This document shows positions 33,388-39,592 of a stretch of DNA of 39,592 nucleotides, one piece after another. The stretch is from positions 1 to 39,592 of the IMG/VR virus record IMGVR_UViG_3300014913_000003. The stretch is one strand, 5' to 3'. Each line of letters opens with the position of its first letter. Position 1 is the stretch's first letter. The notes under the pieces were generated by a model. It saw only the letters and a program-made list of their open reading frames with translations, made no database searches and was not told the origin of the DNA. The position numbers and the translations under genes were made by a program. The stretch comes from a virus.

Positions 33388-34874
33388 CAAAAAAATTCAC
33401 GAGAGAACAGCTTATGCGGGAATTGCTTAGGAGGACAAAGGAGCAGCCGCATCAGGTCTACATCCCCACAGGGAAGGGGGAGGAGTTCGTGAATACGGTT
33501 TTTGAGGGAAAATATTTCATCACACTTTTTTCTGCTGCGAATGGAATTGGAAAGAGCACAGTTGGATTTAACATGCTCGCTCATCTTATGTTTCCTTGTG
33601 GGAATAAATTTTTTCAGCAGAAGCTTATGGCGGAGTGGCCATATTTAAAAAGAGTGCGGATTGTGTCAGACCCGACGAATATTACAAAGAACATTGTTCC
33701 TGAATTGAAGAAGTGGCTGCCGAAAGGAAGGTATACTGCGAAAAAGGAGGGGAGAGCGTTTGAGTGTCTCTGGACTACTGATACTGGATGGACGATTGAC
33801 ATTATGTCTACGGAACAAGACCCGAAGGAGTTTGAGTCTGTGAACCTTGGATTGATTTGGATTGACGAGCCGTGCCCGGAAAATATTTACAAGGCATGTG
33901 TTTCTCGTTTGCGGATGGGAGGGAAGATGTTTATTACGGCGACACCGCTTACAGGCTCAGCGTGGATGTACGACAAAATTATAAACAGTGAGGACGCAGA
34001 GGCGGGGAAGAGGACTTTCATAGAGGCTTCTGTTTGGAGTGCGTGTAAGGGGCACCCAGAGGCAATACGAGGGTTTTTAAATAAGGAGAATATTGAGACA
34101 ATGATTGCTCAGTATGACGATGAAGACATGCAGGCTCGTGTTCTGGGGAAATTTCAGCACCTTACAGGAATGGTGTTCAAAAAATGGAATAGGCGTGTAC
34201 ATGTCATACCTCCGTTCGAGATGAAGCCAGAAGATTATTCTGTGTGGCAAATGCTAGACCCACACCCGAGAACAGAAGATGCGGCTCTTTGGTGCGCCAC
34301 AGACAGACACGGAAGACACTTTGTTGTGGACGAGCTTTGGGTAAATGGTACTACGAGTGATGTTTCATATAGAATTTTGGAAAAAGATGCGAGGCACAGG
34401 GTGGTAAAACACATTGCCGACCCTTGGATTTTCACAGCAGACCAACATACGCAATATTCTATGGCAGACAGATTCAGGACATTTGGATTGAATTATATCG
34501 AGGCGACGAAACAACGTGAGGCAAGTGACCGAAGAATTGCCGAGGCTTTGGATTATGCAAAAGTCGGAGAGGAATTTCTGAAACATCCAGATGTATATGT
34601 GTTTGATACATGCAAGAGAACCATTTATGAGATGGAGCATTACCGATGGGACGATTGGACGGGTAAATCAGCAGACAAGCGGGGGGCAAAACAGAAGCCT
34701 CTCGACAAAGACGACCACATGATTGAAAATCTCGGGAGATTCTTAATACAAGAGCCACGATTTGAGCCAATGCCAAACTATGCGCAGGACTTGCCACTTG
34801 ATAATATGAGAAGAGAAGATATGACATTTGCGGGACAGGACAACTCTCCGCTGGGCTCTGACCCATTTGCGTAA
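33384..34874 (+). CDS. terL: Terminase large subunit (496 aa)
   Basis: Walker A SAANGIGKST, Walker B LGLIWIDEP and coupling motif ITATP. The acidic residues of the C-terminal nuclease domain are also present. Confidence 0.85.
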   Translation: MTKKFTREQLMRELLRRTKEQPHQVYIPTGKGEEFVNTVFEGKYFITLFSAANGIGKSTVGFNMLAHLMFPCGNKFFQQKLMAEWPYLKRVRIVSDPTNITKNIVPELKKWLPKGRYTAKKEGRAFECLWTTDTGWTIDIMSTEQDPKEFESVNLGLIWIDEPCPENIYKACVSRLRMGGKMFITATPLTGSAWMYDKIINSEDAEAGKRTFIEASVWSACKGHPEAIRGFLNKENIETMIAQYDDEDMQARVLGKFQHLTGMVFKKWNRRVHVIPPFEMKPEDYSVWQMLDPHPRTEDAALWCATDRHGRHFVVDELWVNGTTSDVSYRILEKDARHRVVKHIADPWIFTADQHTQYSMADRFRTFGLNYIEATKQREASDRRIAEALDYAKVGEEFLKHPDVYVFDTCKRTIYEMEHYRWDDWTGKSADKRGAKQKPLDKDDHMIENLGRFLIQEPRFEPMPNYAQDLPLDNMRREDMTFAGQDNSPLGSDPFA

Positions 34875-34881
34875 AAAAAAC

Positions 34882-34909
34882 TTGCATTTAGTTTTCATTG
34901 TGCTATGGT
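34882..34909 (+). promoter_or_regulatory. Candidate sigma70-like promoter just after the terL stop
   Basis: TTGCAT, 16-nt spacer, TATGGT. Confidence 0.4.
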
Positions 34910-34968
34910 TACGGTGGCTTTCATTTAAGGACTGAGACCTTTATAATGAATATCGAGTAAAAATCGTC

Positions 34969-35013
34969 AGACCGTCGTCTCAGATTCCCTTCGGGGTTTG
35001 GTCGGCGGTTTTT
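34969..35013 (+). terminator. Candidate intrinsic terminator/attenuator (compound hairpin plus T-run)
   Basis: ACCGTCG (34971-34977) pairs with CGGCGGT (35003-35009) and encloses CCC-UUCG-GGG (34987-34996); followed by TTTTT. Confidence 0.45.
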
Positions 35014-35437
35014 ACTTATACCGCTAGATTTACTGGCTATACTTTACTAGTAAAACCTACATAGCGGTAAAGTTGTTCTTTCAGTCTTCATTGGTTAGTA
35101 GGGGTAGACCGTTAGTTGCGGGAAGCTCTTCTAAAGTAAGTACGTTGTGCCATCTACGAGTGTGACTTGTGGCATTAGACAAACGACGTGCAATTGTGCA
35201 ACCACTAACAATACTTAAGCAAAATGCCTTCGCGTAGTTGCTTAAGTTGGAAACCTCATTCGTTCAGGGAATCTATTTAAAACCTGAGCACCATCTTAGT
35301 TCCGAGACTCACGTCGGAAAGGGAGAGGCCAGAGCAAGTCCAATGAAAGATTCTTTACTGATTAAGTTCAGAGGCCTTTTTAAACCTTCTTGAACGCTCG
35401 ATCTTCTTAAGAAAGGGAGAGTTAGACTGCAGACAAC

Positions 35438-35749
35438 ATGAAGCAACACAAACAAATTTACGGAAAAGTTCTAGAAAGATTAAATAGCGGGAAAATAATT
35501 ATACTTCAAAGTTACCCATTAAAGCTAAAAACTATACAAACTGGATTAGAGGTAACCAGAGAAAACATGTTGACTGCTTTTGGAGTAGAAAAATGTAAAA
35601 AATACCACGAACTTGGATTTGTGAAGATTACAAAGAACGACCGAGTCGACTGGACGCATTTGATTGTCAAGCTATTTGAATATAATATGTCCGGAAGCCC
35701 ACAAACCAAGCTTCGTCTTTCTTTGGGAAATATTAATAACCAACAGTAA
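35438..35749 (+). CDS. Hypothetical protein (103 aa)
   Basis: ORF track. Confidence 0.5.
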   Translation: MKQHKQIYGKVLERLNSGKIIILQSYPLKLKTIQTGLEVTRENMLTAFGVEKCKKYHELGFVKITKNDRVDWTHLIVKLFEYNMSGSPQTKLRLSLGNINNQQ

Positions 35750-35750
35750 A

Positions 35751-35921
35751 ATGAAATGTTTAATGTGTTCAAAGCCGGCAAAACACAAATACCATATCGC
35801 CAATATAGGAGAAATGGTGAATGTTTGTGGGTGTTGCCTGAAAAATGTGCATCATTTTGAATGCCAAAGGGTTCAGTTGGCAGAAAAAGCTATGGAAAAA
35901 CTTGACACGGACGCATCGTAG
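35751..35921 (+). CDS. Zinc-finger mini-protein (56 aa)
   Basis: CLMC...17 residues...CGCC...HHFEC. Confidence 0.4.
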   Translation: MKCLMCSKPAKHKYHIANIGEMVNVCGCCLKNVHHFECQRVQLAEKAMEKLDTDAS

Positions 35922-35964
35922 GCCCGATACTTTGAGAAACAACCGGCGCTTCACAAATTCATAT

Positions 35965-37935
35965 ATGGCCCCAAAAACAGAACTGACCAACGAAGACAAG
36001 GCTGGCATTTTGCGAGACTCGCTTGAGGTTGAGGCAAAAACAGGACTGACACCAGAAGACCAAATGGCGCTTGTTCAGCAGGTTCTTACTGAGCGACGGA
36101 TGTCGTATGACTTTATGAATCCAAAGTGGGAGGAGTGGGCGGTAAGATTGAAATTGTATAATAATCAGAGGCGGAATAAGAAGGCGATTGGTGACACTTT
36201 AATGTATACGACGTTTCAGACGTTATTTTCTGCGTTGTATCAAGACGAATTAATGTCAGAGTTTGTTCCGAGAGAGGAGGGAGATACAGAACACGCGAGA
36301 GACTTGAACGAAGTTATGAAATTTGATTTCGTTGAAATGCAAAAATCTAAACTTGATTACCAATGGATTTGGGATTCAATGTTTTTTGGGAGAGGGATTT
36401 GCGACATGATGGGGTTTGATAGAAAAAGAATGTGTCCTGCTCCGGAGATTATAGACCCAATGACTTGGTACAGAGACCCTTCTGCAAAATCTATAAATGG
36501 GGACATGCAGGGTCGAGGAGCCATGAGGTTTGGAGGAAGGGACATTATGCTTCCAAAAAATGTAATGGAGGCAGAAAGCAATGTTTACTTCAATGTAGGA
36601 GAACTACAACCAGAAACTGGAGTCAGCAATGAGAACCGTGCGGCAAGGGCAGAAGAAGAGCGGCTTGATGCACAAGGCTTTCAGTCAATGTTTCAGTTTT
36701 CAAATCTAACAGGAGGGCAGGAACATATTCACGGATTGGAATGGAGAACTATATTTAAAGGGAAGCGGGTAATAGTAACGCTTGCGAACAACTATACAAA
36801 GATTGTTCGATATAATAAATTGAAACAACAGGAGAAGTGGGGAATGATTGACCGACCGTTCAGCCCAATGTCTCATGATTGGGACGGAGTGAGCGTTTCT
36901 GATATTACGGAAGACAAACAGCGAGCACGAGCGGTGCTTAAAAATCTTGCGTTACAGGGGGTTGAATATGCTCTGTATCCAATGTTTATGTACAACGCAA
37001 ACAGGATTAAAAACAGAAACTACTTAAACTTGAAGCTCGGGAAACATATTCCGGTGGAGGGAGACCCATCTGGCTCAATCCAAGCGGTTCCGAAACCAGA
37101 ATTAGGACAGCAGACAGACTGGATGTTGAAGCAACTTGACCAAGATGCTCAGGATGCGACAGCAACTCCCGCATTACAACAAGGGACGGTTTCTTCTGGA
37201 CGACAAACTGCGTTCGAGGTAGGGCTAATGAATCAAAAGGCAGACACAAGATTTTCTCTCACCGCAAAAGTGTTCGGTTGGAGTGAGGAGGCTTTTTGGC
37301 GACAATGGTACAAACTGTACAAATTATTCTTTGATAGCGCAAAAGCAGGGCTTGATAAAAAGACAGTACGAATAACAGGTATGACTGGGGCAGAATTTAG
37401 AACATTCACCCGAGAGAATCTTATTACAGAAGCAGACCCAGATGTGTACGTTCAGTCAAAAGCGGTGGCTCGTGCAGAGAAAATGCAGAAGCTAGGGCAA
37501 CTCACCAACTTGAAACAAAACGTGGCAGGGAATCCTGACGTAAACATGAATGCGCTAGACAGAAAGATTGCGCAAGAGTCTGGACTCACCTTGGACGAGA
37601 TTGATAGAATGTTCCCAAAATCGTTTGACGAGCTTATGGCAGAGGACGAAAACAAATTATTGAACGAGAAAAAACCGAAAAAACCGAAAGTTTCTATTCG
37701 CGATAATCACGAACTTCATATAGAAATACATCAGAGGGCAAAAGAAACGAAGGAGAAGCAAGAACACTTAAAGCAACACAAAGCAGCTCTCATGCTTATA
37801 AAGAGAAACCCAGAGGCATTGCCACAGGGAGTACAACAAGACATTCAACAACAACAAGCACAGCAACAACAAATGAAGCAGATGCAGGTTCAGAAGAATG
37901 TTCAACCAATAGCGCCTCCTACAACCCCACAATAA
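35965..37935 (+). CDS. Portal protein (656 aa)
   Basis: Size and position between terL and scaffold/capsid. The Gln-rich helical C-terminus (QQDIQQQQAQQQQMKQMQ) is compatible with a portal barrel. ATG 35965 preferred over ATG 35845, which overlaps the previous ORF. Confidence 0.6.
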   Translation: MAPKTELTNEDKAGILRDSLEVEAKTGLTPEDQMALVQQVLTERRMSYDFMNPKWEEWAVRLKLYNNQRRNKKAIGDTLMYTTFQTLFSALYQDELMSEFVPREEGDTEHARDLNEVMKFDFVEMQKSKLDYQWIWDSMFFGRGICDMMGFDRKRMCPAPEIIDPMTWYRDPSAKSINGDMQGRGAMRFGGRDIMLPKNVMEAESNVYFNVGELQPETGVSNENRAARAEEERLDAQGFQSMFQFSNLTGGQEHIHGLEWRTIFKGKRVIVTLANNYTKIVRYNKLKQQEKWGMIDRPFSPMSHDWDGVSVSDITEDKQRARAVLKNLALQGVEYALYPMFMYNANRIKNRNYLNLKLGKHIPVEGDPSGSIQAVPKPELGQQTDWMLKQLDQDAQDATATPALQQGTVSSGRQTAFEVGLMNQKADTRFSLTAKVFGWSEEAFWRQWYKLYKLFFDSAKAGLDKKTVRITGMTGAEFRTFTRENLITEADPDVYVQSKAVARAEKMQKLGQLTNLKQNVAGNPDVNMNALDRKIAQESGLTLDEIDRMFPKSFDELMAEDENKLLNEKKPKKPKVSIRDNHELHIEIHQRAKETKEKQEHLKQHKAALMLIKRNPEALPQGVQQDIQQQQAQQQQMKQMQVQKNVQPIAPPTTPQ

Positions 37936-37936
37936 A

Positions 37937-38242
37937 ATGAACGACGGAGAAAAAATACAGGCAATAGAGCACATGAAATCCACCGCAGGGTGGAAGGTTC
38001 TTATATCTGAGATTAACTCTCGGCTTGATTCTGATTTTAATGGAGTTATTCGCAATGGAGTTTCTACGTTGAGAGACTTTGATATTTGGCGAGGGCAGAG
38101 AGTTTTCTTAGAAGACTTTGAGGCGGGAGCGGAAGAGTTAATCAACTCTTTAAAACACGTACCGGAAACTACGGAAGAAGGGATGATGAACGACCCTTTT
38201 TCTGTGGCTTCGGGCACACAAAACCCAGACGTAGAGGTTTAG
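37937..38242 (+). CDS. Hypothetical head-assembly protein (101 aa)
   Basis: ORF between portal and scaffold. Confidence 0.5.
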   Translation: MNDGEKIQAIEHMKSTAGWKVLISEINSRLDSDFNGVIRNGVSTLRDFDIWRGQRVFLEDFEAGAEELINSLKHVPETTEEGMMNDPFSVASGTQNPDVEV

Positions 38243-38270
38243 GTTCTTTTACATTTCGAGAGAGTTATTA

Positions 38271-38355
38271 GTTGAGGGCTTCATGAAACGAGCCAAGGTT
38301 GGGACTTTTTTGCGGTTGTTTTGACCTTCTCCGCTCGTTTCATTGAGCCTTCAAC
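38271..38355 (+). promoter_or_regulatory. Long RNA hairpin (23-bp stem, 22 pairs including 2 G-U) in the leader of the scaffold gene
   Basis: GTTGAGGGCTTCATGAAACGAGC (38271-38293) pairs with GCTCGTTTCATTGAGCCTTCAAC (38333-38355). A CACC-UUCG-GGUG hairpin follows at about 38431. Confidence 0.6.
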
Positions 38356-38470
38356 AGCTCGAAGACATAATTTCTGCGAATTATGTTTTCAAACCACAGT
38401 CAAATCCACCGGGGATTTACCGAGACTTTACCACCTTCGGGTGAGATATTTTTTAAAACCGCTTATTAAC

Positions 38471-39148
38471 ATGACTGATACGACAACAACACCACCTCCT
38501 GCTCCGGCAGCGGGTGAGACCGGAGGAACTCCTCCACCAACTCCACCAGCAGGTAGCGCAGGAGCACAGCCTCCAACACCACCAGCGGGCGAGACACCGC
38601 CGCAAACGCAGAACGTGCCTCCAACGAGGCAAACCCCACAAGACAATAAAGATGCTGTAATAGCACGTCTTCAAGCAAAGATTAAGAAATTCGATGCGCA
38701 GCCACCAGCAGCCCCGCCAGCAGGAGGAGAAACACCGCCGACTGGAATCACGGAAGCACAGGTTGCACAAATTGCGCAAACAGCAGTACAGGAGGCATTT
38801 GGAGGGAAGATGCAACAAATTGATTCAATCGCCTCCGGGCAACAAGACCAAGATGTTGATAATTTCATTCAGAAAAATCCAATGTACGCAGCGCAAGCCG
38901 AAACAATCAAGTCTTACTACAAACATCCGTCACGAGCACAAGTTCCACTAGAGAGTATCGCAAATGAGGTATTCGGAGCAGCGGCACGAGACGCGATGAT
39001 TGCACAACAGGCCGGGCAAGAGGCCGCAAACAATATGCCCGCGATTGGAGTTATGCCACAACAAACTGGCGTAGCACCGAAAAAAGATTGGACAGGCGTT
39101 TCTCATCAGGACTTAGAGGCAGAAAAGAGCAGAATCGAACGGTCTTAG
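38471..39148 (+). CDS. Scaffolding protein (225 aa) with Pro/Thr/Ala-rich N-terminal repeats
   Basis: Immediately upstream of the capsid gene; TPPPTPPAGSAGAQPPTPPAGETPP repeats followed by a helical Q/A-rich region. The TTG-38321 extension was rejected because it covers the hairpin. Confidence 0.6.
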   Translation: MTDTTTTPPPAPAAGETGGTPPPTPPAGSAGAQPPTPPAGETPPQTQNVPPTRQTPQDNKDAVIARLQAKIKKFDAQPPAAPPAGGETPPTGITEAQVAQIAQTAVQEAFGGKMQQIDSIASGQQDQDVDNFIQKNPMYAAQAETIKSYYKHPSRAQVPLESIANEVFGAAARDAMIAQQAGQEAANNMPAIGVMPQQTGVAPKKDWTGVSHQDLEAEKSRIERS

Positions 39149-39164
39149 TGGATTTTTACCACTA
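39146..39164 (+). promoter_or_regulatory. Small hairpin between scaffold and capsid genes
   Basis: TAGTGG / CCACTA stem with a 7-nt loop, followed by a T-rich tract. Confidence 0.3.
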
Positions 39165-39177
39165 ACTCATTTTTAAA

Positions 39178-39592
39178 ATGGCCAATGTATCAACTACATA
39201 CCCAGCATCGTTCCCCAACACATCTTCTGCGGGAACAATCCCACTAGAAGTAGCATCATTCTACGATGCAGTTCTATTGGAACGAGTAGTCTCAAATTTC
39301 GTTCATATGCGATGGGCGCAAATCCGAGACGTTCCTGCCAACTTCGGAACAGGAAACATTAAATTCCGACGATACGCAAACCTAAGTGCAGCGACAACAC
39401 CGCTCACGGAAGGTACAACCCCGGCTGGTAGCTCTCTGTCTGTTACTGATATTCAAGCGACAGTGAAACAATATGGTGACTTCACCCAAGTTTCAGATGT
39501 TTTGACATACCAATCAGCAGACAAAGTGCTTATGGAAGCAGCAGAAATCTTGGGAGACCAAGCAGCAGATACTCTCGATGAATTAACACGAG
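39178..39592 (+). CDS. Major capsid protein, N-terminal part; runs off the window end and continues at base 1 through the overlap
   Basis: ATG 39178 with no stop before the window end. Absent from the ORF track because it has no stop. In phase with 3..713. Confidence 0.8.
   Translation, partial: MANVSTTYPASFPNTSSAGTIPLEVASFYDAVLLERVVSNFVHMRWAQIRDVPANFGTGNIKFRRYANLSAATTPLTEGTTPAGSSLSVTDIQATVKQYGDFTQVSDVLTYQSADKVLMEAAEILGDQAADTLDELTR
39470..39592. repeat. Terminal/assembly overlap, second copy (identical to 1-123)
   Basis: Exact identity read directly. Confidence 0.95.

Noticed and set aside
31424-34937. Shared AGGACTGAGA word in two ORF-free regions (31424-31433 and 34928-34937) as a common regulatory motif
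   Set aside because: Hundreds of repeated 10-mers are expected by chance in 39 kb, and the flanks do not extend the match convincingly.
1-39592. Alternative genetic code or stop-codon reassignment to explain the ORF-free regions (27.8-28.3, 28.8-29.35, 29.85-30.3, 31.33-31.54, 34.9-35.4 kb)
   Set aside because: TAA, TAG and TGA all terminate well-supported genes (for example TAG at 713 and 17185, TGA at 7404 and 17435, TAA at most others). The only clear tRNA has anticodon CAT, not a suppressor anticodon.

Overview
The window is a complete phage genome. Bases 1-123 are identical to 39470-39592, giving a unit length of 39469 bp, and the linearisation point cuts the major capsid gene (39178..end joined to 1..713). 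All convincing genes lie on the + strand; minus-strand ORFs look like antisense shadows.

Layout:
- Late/structural block: capsid, tail-collar-fibre-like protein, GT2 glycosyltransferase, a 7-repeat propeller-like fibre protein, a holin, 632-aa and 1442-aa virion proteins, a papain-like peptidase plus an amidase endolysin, and a terminator at 17506.
- Early block, starting from a sigma70-like promoter at 17680: SSAP/exonuclease pair, NinB, DnaB-like helicase, HNH, RusA and many mini-ORFs.
- Second early operon (25.5-27.8 kb).
- Packaging/head module: terS, then a 4.6-kb accessory island, then terL, portal and scaffold.

No integrase, repressor, DNA polymerase, RNA polymerase, CRISPR array or reverse transcriptase was recognised. 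Shine-Dalgarno motifs are essentially absent and stop/start overlaps are frequent.

Most interesting observations:
1. An RNA-rich island with an HNH-AP2 homing endonuclease, a UUCG-hairpin-rich structured RNA, a tRNA-Leu-like RNA whose T-loop is interrupted, an initiator-like tRNA-Met(CAU) and a peptide deformylase.
2. An ACGGCAACGGCA box, encoding a T-A-T-A peptide, at a fixed offset from the start codon of five small early ORFs.
3. Several repeated non-coding boxes and long ORF-free structured regions, including terL-portal and upstream of the scaffold gene.

All protein calls rest on motifs read by eye; no database search was run.
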